The notes under the pieces were generated by a model, which saw nothing but the letters and a program-made list of their open reading frames with translations, was not told the origin of the DNA and did not search any database. Positions 49,103 through 57,220 of a stretch of DNA of 64,000 nt are shown here, piece after piece. The position numbers and the translations under genes are program-made. The stretch comes from a virus. The stretch spans positions 14,394 to 78,393 of the IMG/VR virus record IMGVR_UViG_3300033155_000498; one strand, 5' to 3'. How positions within the stretch are numbered: the stretch's first letter is position 1; each line of letters starts with the position of its first letter.

Positions 49103-51831
49103 TATAGTGTTACCACCTCTTCAATTACGTATGCATTGTTTGTTAATACACTACCAAACACTGTTAGAATGCTATCGTGTTCATTTATATACCATGTTGC
49201 ATTACCACTCTCTTTACCTACACGAACTGAGTATGTAATTGGTGTGGCTGCTACGCCAGCTACTGGATCTTTTACAATGAATGAAATTACCTGGAATGCA
49301 CCACCATTTGTAGCAGAGTCATTCATAACGCCGATACATACGTTATCTCTAAACAATGCCACAATAATTGCTGATGATGCGTTTGTAACTAAGAATGCAA
49401 ATGACTGTGATATTTTCAATGATCCGCCTGTTTGGCTTGGCGTAAACACCTGTGACCAAAGTTCAGTGCCTTCTGTAATTAGTGGTGCTGTTGTTGTCTG
49501 TACGATAATCGTTGTACCTGACAAAGCCGGAACTGTGCCAGAAACTTGTTGAATTGATTGTTCTGTACCTGGCGTAAACAACTGTGTATTCTGCCATTCA
49601 CCTGCGCCGCCATCGTAATATACAACATCACCAGAGGCTGGTGCGGTTGTGTTAACATCTGTTAAGTTATTAAGTACTAATCCATCAGCATTAACAGATA
49701 ATGTTTCGTTTCCAGCATCGTTATTCTCTACTAGTGACACGCCTGTGCCAGCTACTAACTTACCATTTAAGTAACCACTTGTTGTATCGTTTGCAGACAC
49801 TTTGACTAATACGTCTGAGCCTGCTCCTGCTGGTTGGTTAACCCAGTCGCCGCCTGCGTATGTTAATACTTCACCGTTACTTGGCGTTGTTATTATAACG
49901 TCTGATAAATCACCAATTGCAGATACGCCAGCGCCTGGTGCTTCCCATACTGAATTGCCTAACCCATCAGCTGTTAATACAAAACCATCTGTAATTGCGC
50001 TTGCATCGATTTCTGTACCTTCGTGTACGTGAGTTGTTAATGAATAACTACCAAGGTCACTAATTTGACTTTCAGTAATACTAATTGATGCCTGCGTATA
50101 ATGTATAGTACCATCTACGATATGAGCATCTATAGCTGCATGAGAGTTGGTACCGATATTGCTAAACAATGTGTGATCTGTTGTGTCAGTTAATGAGTAC
50201 GCCTGCAAGTCACTAATTTGACTTTCAGTAATTACAATGTTGGCCTGATTAACATCAATATCAACCTCAGAGTTTGCAACATCATCAGTAATACTAATTA
50301 AGTTACTACCTGCATTGATATTCTTAAATTGTAATCCTACACCGACCTTCTGAAGATATAAACCTGTGCCTCCCACGCCAACATTAGATGCTGTATTAGC
50401 TTCGCCGCCACCTGCTCCTGGAGGCGCTGCTGCCTGCCATTCTGTGCCGCTCCATGTTAAAACATCGTTAGCTATTGGTGTTGCATTAACATCATTTAAA
50501 TTATTAATTGGTGTTGCTGTTAAGCTGCCATCCACCGCAACTGCGAATACAGTAGTTGCGCCATCGTCAATACCCTCGATTAAGTTACCGCCAACTGCGG
50601 CACCTTCTGTAATAGTAACAGCACCGCGAGTTGCGTCTGTTAATATTTCTGGATTAACACTGTTATCGTATGCTTGTTGCAAAGTAGTTACTGATCCAGA
50701 GAACTGGCCGCCACCACCTTGTCCAAACTTGGCTGCTTCAATGAATTCAGCCTGTGCTGGATCACTTAAATCTGTTGCGCCTGCAGATACTAGTAAGTAT
50801 GCTCTAATAACGCCTTCTGCGAACGCTGCGTTATGAACGTGCTGTGCATCTGGCAATACGTCTAATGCGGCGGCTTTAGTTGAGAATGTTTGTTGTCCGT
50901 ATTCAATACGTGTTGTTGCTGCGCCGGAAATTCCTGAGAAGTATTTAATAATTTGTATCTGCCAGCGTCCATTTGGCATTGATGAAAGTGTACCGGTTCC
51001 ATCATCATAGTTGCTTGAGTCAACAGACGTAGCTGGTGGTGTTACTAATGTGTGACCACCACCACCATTTTGGTAGCTGTAAATAAATGGTACAATCGTT
51101 CCTGACGCGTCAGTATTTGAATCTGTGTCTCTCTTATTGTTTGCAAAGTTATTACCAAGTCTATATGTAGTACCTGAGCTCTTATTAAGTAATATGTTAT
51201 TACCGTTTGGTCCGAAAATGTTACCTTCAATATTCAACGAACCAATAGCTCTTGCTAGGTCAGCTAAACGTGCTGTGGCATCAATTGCCGGGTCTGGGTT
51301 ATTACGCAAACCAACAATACTAGTAAGATTAGCGTGTCCTAGGTTACCAAGCACGATGTTATCTTTGTGTTCGGTGTTCGTCCATGATGCGCCTGACTGT
51401 ACAATACTGCCTACAGAATTGATTGCAATAAATGAACGTGTTGTTATTGCAAGGTTTGTTACTACAACCGCTGCGGAAGCCCCCCATGTTACTAAGGCCG
51501 CTGTAGGGTTTAGTGTGTCTGTGTAGTTGTCAACAATAAGGCCAATGCCTGCTGCTACATCAAATTTAGTAGGGTCTACATTAATGCTTAGTTCGCCGCC
51601 GTCTAATAAACCAGTTGATGCCATTTGGTCTACACCAATTTGCGTGCCTGATTTAATTAGGTCCCAGTCTGTATCTGTTGCTCCAACCTTAATCCAAAGT
51701 TGGCCTGTGGTTCGTAATAGAACTGAACCAATTGGTGCTGTATATCCTGCACTCGACGGGTCAACAGAAGTTTGTGCGATATCAACTAAGTCGTCTAATG
51801 TTAAACTGCTGATTGGAAAATTAGCTGCCAA
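49102..51831 (-). CDS. Tail fibre-like protein
   Basis: LxDLxDV and Gly/Thr-rich repeats; modules shared with other fibre genes. Confidence 0.7.
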   Translation of the reverse strand: MAANFPISSLTLDDLVDIAQTSVDPSSAGYTAPIGSVLLRTTGQLWIKVGATDTDWDLIKSGTQIGVDQMASTGLLDGGELSINVDPTKFDVAAGIGLIVDNYTDTLNPTAALVTWGASAAVVVTNLAITTRSFIAINSVGSIVQSGASWTNTEHKDNIVLGNLGHANLTSIVGLRNNPDPAIDATARLADLARAIGSLNIEGNIFGPNGNNILLNKSSGTTYRLGNNFANNKRDTDSNTDASGTIVPFIYSYQNGGGGHTLVTPPATSVDSSNYDDGTGTLSSMPNGRWQIQIIKYFSGISGAATTRIEYGQQTFSTKAAALDVLPDAQHVHNAAFAEGVIRAYLLVSAGATDLSDPAQAEFIEAAKFGQGGGGQFSGSVTTLQQAYDNSVNPEILTDATRGAVTITEGAAVGGNLIEGIDDGATTVFAVAVDGSLTATPINNLNDVNATPIANDVLTWSGTEWQAAAPPGAGGGEANTASNVGVGGTGLYLQKVGVGLQFKNINAGSNLISITDDVANSEVDIDVNQANIVITESQISDLQAYSLTDTTDHTLFSNIGTNSHAAIDAHIVDGTIHYTQASISITESQISDLGSYSLTTHVHEGTEIDASAITDGFVLTADGLGNSVWEAPGAGVSAIGDLSDVIITTPSNGEVLTYAGGDWVNQPAGAGSDVLVKVSANDTTSGYLNGKLVAGTGVSLVENNDAGNETLSVNADGLVLNNLTDVNTTAPASGDVVYYDGGAGEWQNTQLFTPGTEQSIQQVSGTVPALSGTTIIVQTTTAPLITEGTELWSQVFTPSQTGGSLKISQSFAFLVTNASSAIIVALFRDNVCIGVMNDSATNGGAFQVISFIVKDPVAGVAATPITYSVRVGKESGNATWYINEHDSILTVFGSVLTNNAYVIEEVVTL

Positions 51832-51847
51832 TGTGTTTCTCCTTCAT

Positions 51848-53086
51848 TTAAAATACCGCCACTTGTTTAATTTGTACATCAACGCCAGGCGTTGATGTGA
51901 CTGTTACGTTTAATGTGTTGCCACCGGTTAAAGTAACATCAATGCTTAATCCTGTAATGTTGCTACCCATTTTTAAAATTGCGTACTCTGTAAATTTTGG
52001 GTTTGTTCCATCATGCGTAGCTAAAATTTCTTCCGTTAACACATTTGTAGGCGTTGCTGTTTCGATTACCCTAATAATCCATTTACCCATTTCAGCAACT
52101 ACTGAATCTACTGTTGTTACTGTTGTGATGTTTGTGTAAGTATTATATATCTGGGCATCATCATTGGTAATAGTTAATGTATCGCCCGATACTGCTGTAG
52201 TTATACCGGCACCACCAGCAATAGTTAATGTATCTGTTATGGTGTTAGCTACTGCTGAACCCGAATCGCCGCTGACTGTTTCCCATAAGTTTTGATCTGG
52301 ATCTCCGCCAGCGCCGCCTGTTGCGTTAATTGTAATTTCATCAGTGCCGGCGTTTGTTGTGATTGTTACATTTGTGCCGGCTACTAAAGTTAATGTGTCT
52401 GCTGCTGTGTCAGCTACGATATTGCTCTGCGTTGCAACTGCAATAGTTGAGAATAGATTCTGATCTGATGCTGCGCTATCATATGCAATAGTTAATGTTT
52501 CGTTGGCGCCATCATTATTTTCTGTTAATGTTATGCCGGTACCGGATACTAATTTACCATTTAGGAAACCAGCTGTTGTATCATTTACAGATATTTTACT
52601 AAGTTCGTCGGACCCTACTCCGCCTGTTGCTGAAATGGTAAGCACATCGCCTACGATGGCTGTATTAATTCCAGTACCACCAGTAACTGTTAGTGTATCT
52701 GTTAGTGAGTTAGCAACTGTGGAACCTGAATCGGAACTGATCGTTTCCCACAGGTTTTGATCTGGGTCACCAGCACCACCACCGGATGAAGCAATAGTAA
52801 TTTCATCTGTGCCTGCATTTGTTGTAATTGTTATATTTGCACCGGCAACTAAAGTTAGCGTGTCGATGGCCGACGTGGCAACAACATCACTCTGTCCACT
52901 TACTGCAATTGTGCTAAATGATGAGGTAGATGTAAGTCCTTCAATACACGCTGGCATGCCACCAGGCGTACCATCGGCTATTCTAATGCAACCTGTAATA
53001 ATGTCATAGAAAAGATACGAGCTTTCGCATAGATAATCATCTATCTCGACCTTAACTAACGATCCTTTGATTTTTCTAATCGTCAT
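51848..53086 (-). CDS. Fibre-like structural protein with tandem repeats
   Basis: DTLTLVAGxNITITT and DQNLWET repeats. Confidence 0.7.
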   Translation of the reverse strand: MTIRKIKGSLVKVEIDDYLCESSYLFYDIITGCIRIADGTPGGMPACIEGLTSTSSFSTIAVSGQSDVVATSAIDTLTLVAGANITITTNAGTDEITIASSGGGAGDPDQNLWETISSDSGSTVANSLTDTLTVTGGTGINTAIVGDVLTISATGGVGSDELSKISVNDTTAGFLNGKLVSGTGITLTENNDGANETLTIAYDSAASDQNLFSTIAVATQSNIVADTAADTLTLVAGTNVTITTNAGTDEITINATGGAGGDPDQNLWETVSGDSGSAVANTITDTLTIAGGAGITTAVSGDTLTITNDDAQIYNTYTNITTVTTVDSVVAEMGKWIIRVIETATPTNVLTEEILATHDGTNPKFTEYAILKMGSNITGLSIDVTLTGGNTLNVTVTSTPGVDVQIKQVAVF

Positions 53087-53099
53087 CGACTAACGTTCC

Positions 53100-53708
53100 T
53101 TATTCGGATCTATTTGTTGATTTGTGAAAAGCTAATGCAGCATTCCTTTTTGGGTTAACAGACGCTGGCTTAGAATCTTCTGCATAATTATGTGGCCCTT
53201 GTTTTTCGCCAATGCCTGCCATTTTACGCATACGTGATAAATCATTGCCTTCATCAACTTCGTCTTCGTTGTCGCTTGTTGGTGTGCTGTCTCTTTCTGA
53301 GCTTGCCCACTGGCCATTATCTTCTGGTTCCCTCTGAAGAGGTGATCCATCTTTTTCAGTGCTTGCCCATGGCTGTTCTTCTTCTGAGTTTAATTCTGTT
53401 GGCACCATTTGCTCGTCGCCGTCATCGCCGGCAAATTCAGCAACATTGTTATCAACACCTTGTGACTTTTTAAGTAACTCGTGTTCTTGTTGCAATGGTG
53501 ATATCATTGTTGCAGGTTCTGAACCATCATCGCTGCTTACTTCCACTGGCTCCAAATGTGTTACTGTAACTTCAGCACCCTGTTCGCCTGGTTGATCGCA
53601 CGGTTGTTCAGCTTGTACAGGCATTTGCCCAGTAGCATCTTGAACTGCCGCATCTTCAGTCTGGTCCACTAGATCTGCCAAATTTCGTAATATTTCGCTT
53701 ACTCGCAT
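53100..53708 (-). CDS. Acidic putative head/scaffold-associated protein
   Basis: MRVSEIL; SPLQQEHELLKK; LSRMRKMAGI. Confidence 0.55.
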   Translation of the reverse strand: MRVSEILRNLADLVDQTEDAAVQDATGQMPVQAEQPCDQPGEQGAEVTVTHLEPVEVSSDDGSEPATMISPLQQEHELLKKSQGVDNNVAEFAGDDGDEQMVPTELNSEEEQPWASTEKDGSPLQREPEDNGQWASSERDSTPTSDNEDEVDEGNDLSRMRKMAGIGEKQGPHNYAEDSKPASVNPKRNAALAFHKSTNRSE

Positions 53709-53739
53709 ATTATAATCCTTAGTTGTTCTTTATATTTAT

Positions 53740-54117
53740 TCAGAATGATTCTGTTTGTTCAGTTAGAATGTTACCTGTCCAATCATCTGCTAGTGGTATA
53801 TCTTCAAGGACCTTGATACGTTTTGATAATTCTTCATAAAACGTATCTAGTTCGCCCTTGAAACTACCCATTAAATGGTCCATAGCTTGTGTACAGTAAT
53901 CCCAGTTCTTTAAACGATAGTTCTTAATAAGATTTTCGTGTAAGTCAGTTAAATTTTCAAGCATTGGTATTTCTTGAAAGACTATATGGTCGTTATCTAC
54001 CACCGCGAACGTTCTTACTGTTTTTCCATTAGAAAACTCTACGGTATCCAATTCCAGAACTAAATATTTAGAACGGAGAGAATCAATTTCATTGTTGGTT
54101 TCATAAACTATGTACAT
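53740..54117 (-). CDS. Hypothetical protein resembling the C-terminal extension of class III nucleotide cyclases
   Basis: LELDTV...YRLKNWD...W.G. Confidence 0.4.
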   Translation of the reverse strand: MYIVYETNNEIDSLRSKYLVLELDTVEFSNGKTVRTFAVVDNDHIVFQEIPMLENLTDLHENLIKNYRLKNWDYCTQAMDHLMGSFKGELDTFYEELSKRIKVLEDIPLADDWTGNILTEQTESF

Positions 54118-54152
54118 ACTGTCTCCTATACTATAATTATAAGAATTTTACA

Positions 54153-54923
54153 ATGACAATAAATTTTGACTTAATAAGCGACCTATATCTACATTCAATA
54201 GATAAGTTCTCATGGGAAGGAAAGGCGACCAGCCTCTTCTGTATAGTAGCAGGAAATATTTCTTCCGATCATGATGTGTTATTTGAATTCTTAGAGAATA
54301 TATCTCAGTACTACGAAGCTGTATTTTTTATAGATGGCGATCTCGAGCATTACCATTACAATGGAGATTTTGATAAGAGTTATGCTTCAATAAGAGAGAA
54401 TCTTTTTGAGATGGAAAAGGTATTTTTTCTACATGAGAATATTGTTATCCTACCTAATGTAACATTATTAGCGACAAACGGTTGGACAACATTTGATTTT
54501 ACAAGTAATCGACCTGTGGAAGAGATACTAGACTTTATGGACGATCGTGGAAGTGTTCCACTAGATATATCCGATAAAATTCTTAAACTTGCCGTGACGG
54601 ATCAACACTATATGCTTAACAGTGTTGAAGCCTGTCAGGATATGGAAGATGTTACGAATGTTATTGTTATATCAAACTCAGTACCCAAGTCGGAGTTTAT
54701 AGTACACGATGATGATTACGATGGTACAATACTTGGCGACATGGCCGGAAACAAAGGCATTGTCGCTTGTCTAGAGAACGACACCAAAAAGAAAATAACA
54801 ACCTGGCTCTTTGGAAAATATCCTGGAGACGTTGATTATACAGTTGATGGTGTTCGCTTTGTAAATAACTCAGGGCAGAGTAAAGACCTAAGTATCTACT
54901 ATCCGAAAATAATTAAACCTTAA
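54153..54923 (+). CDS. Calcineurin-like metallophosphoesterase, degenerate
   Basis: ISDLY, VAGNIS, DGDLEH, WLFG in place of DxH, GD, GNHE, GH. Confidence 0.65.
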   Translation: MTINFDLISDLYLHSIDKFSWEGKATSLFCIVAGNISSDHDVLFEFLENISQYYEAVFFIDGDLEHYHYNGDFDKSYASIRENLFEMEKVFFLHENIVILPNVTLLATNGWTTFDFTSNRPVEEILDFMDDRGSVPLDISDKILKLAVTDQHYMLNSVEACQDMEDVTNVIVISNSVPKSEFIVHDDDYDGTILGDMAGNKGIVACLENDTKKKITTWLFGKYPGDVDYTVDGVRFVNNSGQSKDLSIYYPKIIKP

Positions 54924-55237
54924 TCTTTTTCTTTTTCAATTCGTATTTGGAGTGGGTAGCCTTGCTTACGTGCATCTACTGTTACTTCGATACCTTTCTG
55001 CTCTGCTACTTCAAATGGCAAGACTGCTGCCACCGCCGCGCCGTCAGTGTGAATAGTGTTTGCTATTCTTTCGGCGGTGTCTTCCACATAGCTGAAGTGT
55101 TCAACAAGACTATCTATTACAAACTTCATACTGGTCTTGTTATCGTTAACATAGATAACCTTAAACATTGGTGGCTCTTTAAGGTCTAAGTTAGTTTTAA
55201 TTGCGACTTGTGTGTTAGTCATTTTATTATCCTTCAT
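54920..55237 (-). CDS. clpS: ATP-dependent Clp protease adaptor ClpS
   Basis: PPMFKVIYVNDNKT..FV..L, IHTDG, EVAEQK, GYPL. Confidence 0.9.
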   Translation of the reverse strand: MKDNKMTNTQVAIKTNLDLKEPPMFKVIYVNDNKTSMKFVIDSLVEHFSYVEDTAERIANTIHTDGAAVAAVLPFEVAEQKGIEVTVDARKQGYPLQIRIEKEKD

Positions 55238-55250
55238 GTAATTATTTAGC

Positions 55251-55282
55251 TATTGTACACGGTCTGATAACCGTGTACAATA
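55251..55282. terminator. Perfect 13-bp inverted repeat after hsp20
   Basis: TATTGTACACGGT-CTGATA-ACCGTGTACAATA. Confidence 0.6.
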
Positions 55283-55295
55283 TTATTGGCTAAAT

Positions 55296-55742
55296 TTATT
55301 TAACTTCAATTGTCTTCGGCTTTAAACTTTCTGGAATGTTACGTTCCAGTTCAACTTTAAGTACGCCGTTAACTACTTCTGCACCAATGACTTCAACGTG
55401 ATCAGATAATGTAAACTGACGCTGAAAGTGTCTTGCGCTAATACCTTTATGAAGGTAAGTTTCGCTATCTATTTCCTTAGCTTCGTCAACATCAACGATA
55501 TGGCTGGCAATTAACAACTGTCCGTTGTCAACTGTTACAATAATTTCGTCCTTGTTGAAACCTGCTACTGCAACTTCAAGACGATAATGATCATCGTCTA
55601 CTTCAATAATGTTATACGGAGGATAATTTCCGCTGTTTGAATGTTCTACTCTGTGCATCATATTTTCAAAAATACGATCCATACCAATTGCGTTACGCAA
55701 GAATGGTTCCAGATTTATAGTGGTGAGGTGTTTGTTTTGCAT
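55296..55742 (-). CDS. Small heat-shock protein (Hsp20/IbpA-like)
   Basis: NYPPYNII, AVAGF, YLHKGIS.R.F...F.L, NGVL. Confidence 0.95.
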   Translation of the reverse strand: MQNKHLTTINLEPFLRNAIGMDRIFENMMHRVEHSNSGNYPPYNIIEVDDDHYRLEVAVAGFNKDEIIVTVDNGQLLIASHIVDVDEAKEIDSETYLHKGISARHFQRQFTLSDHVEVIGAEVVNGVLKVELERNIPESLKPKTIEVK

Positions 55743-55806
55743 GATATGTTCTCCTTATCTAAAGCAAGATCAAAATATAAGACCCGCCTTATGCAGCATC
55801 TTATAC
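55743..55806 (-). promoter_or_regulatory. ROSE-like RNA thermometer in hsp20 5' UTR
   Basis: UCUUGCU-uuagaua-AGGAGA SD-occluding hairpin plus an upstream hairpin. Confidence 0.6.
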
Positions 55807-55828
55807 ATTTATTTAGCTTATATAAATA

Positions 55829-56041
55829 TTACCGTCTACGTGGTGGGACTGGCAGTTCAAGACGAAGTTTCTTACGGTGACGTGCCTTTGCTGCCGCTTT
55901 CTTACGTTGGCGAACTGTGCATGGCTTTTCATATGTTTGACGTCTCCTAACTTCTTCTAGAACTCCTGCGTTGGATACTTTCTTTTTAAATTTTCTAAGG
56001 GCTTTATCAAACTGTCCCTCATATACTCGTACGCTTGGCAT
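55829..56041 (-). CDS. rpsU: Ribosomal protein bS21
   Basis: [28 protein letters not shown]...KKAAA. Confidence 0.92.
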   Translation of the reverse strand: MPSVRVYEGQFDKALRKFKKKVSNAGVLEEVRRRQTYEKPCTVRQRKKAAAKARHRKKLRLELPVPPRRR

Positions 56042-57205
56042 TTATTTTTTCTTCACCTCCACTGGGTTGTTAACTAGCGATTTTGTAATTCGTACTTTAT
56101 TTATATTATTATGTGCATACTTATTAATATTGAACATGTGCGGCAATAAAGCCTTCTCCATAATTGAACGTAGGCTACGTGCCCCGGTCTTCTTGCCAAT
56201 TGCAATATTTACAACTTGGCGCAATGCTTCCTTATCAAATGTTAACCGTACATCGTTATATTTAAATAAGTGTTTGTACTGTGATACTAAATTATTTTCC
56301 ACACCTGCTAACACATTAAGCATATCGTCCTGTGTTAGCTCTTGAACTTCTGCAACAATAGGAAATCTACTAACAAACTCAGGTATTAAGCCAAACTCAA
56401 TAAGATCGGTTGCTTCTGCGTCTTTGATGTACCTATTGTCAACATCAGCAGTAAAACCAATTTGTGATGGTTGCTGCTTTCTTTTCTTAATCTTGTCTAG
56501 TCCTACAAATGCACCACTAGCAATAAACAAAATGTTACTTGTGTCAATTTCAACTGTTGTTTCTGACTTCCTACTAATCTCAACTGTAAACACTGTGCCT
56601 TCAACTAGCTTTAATAGTGCTTGCTGTACACCTTCACCACCTGGTTCTTTGCCAGCTGATAATGTGCCACGAGTCTTAGCAATCTTGTCGATTTCATCTA
56701 TAAAGACGATGCCACGTTCAGCTTCAGCAATGTCGCCGCCAGCTGCATTTAATAACTTAACTAGTACCGATTCAACATCTTCACCAACATAACCTGACTC
56801 AGTTAGGGTAGTTGCATCTGCTATTACAAACGGTACTTCTAAGTATCCGGCTATCGTTTTTGCAAGTAGTGTCTTGCCAGAGCCTGTTGGGCCTAATAAC
56901 ATTACATTACTCTTATCTAATGTGACATCGCGTGTATTCAACCGTTTGACATGATTTGCAACTGCTACGCTTAATACAGTTTTCGCATCGTCTTGACTTG
57001 TTACATACATGTCAAGATAATCCTTTAATTCCATTGGATCAATATCATCAAGTTTATCTAATTCGTCTGTTTCTTCGAAATGCTCGTTATCGAGTATTTT
57101 TAGACATAAATTAATGCAGGAATCACAGATGCCTACTTTTTCACCTAATACTAATTTCTTAACCTCGTGTTGGGTTTTATTACAAAAGTTACATGACTTA
57201 GTCAT
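56042..57205 (-). CDS. clpX: ATP-dependent Clp protease ATP-binding subunit ClpX
   Basis: CNFC...CDSC zinc domain, KSNV.L.GPTGSGKT, GYVGEDVE, GEGVQQALLK, IGF, TGARSLR. Confidence 0.95.
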   Translation of the reverse strand: MTKSCNFCNKTQHEVKKLVLGEKVGICDSCINLCLKILDNEHFEETDELDKLDDIDPMELKDYLDMYVTSQDDAKTVLSVAVANHVKRLNTRDVTLDKSNVMLLGPTGSGKTLLAKTIAGYLEVPFVIADATTLTESGYVGEDVESVLVKLLNAAGGDIAEAERGIVFIDEIDKIAKTRGTLSAGKEPGGEGVQQALLKLVEGTVFTVEISRKSETTVEIDTSNILFIASGAFVGLDKIKKRKQQPSQIGFTADVDNRYIKDAEATDLIEFGLIPEFVSRFPIVAEVQELTQDDMLNVLAGVENNLVSQYKHLFKYNDVRLTFDKEALRQVVNIAIGKKTGARSLRSIMEKALLPHMFNINKYAHNNINKVRITKSLVNNPVEVKKK

Positions 57206-57220
57206 TGTACTACCCTCTTC

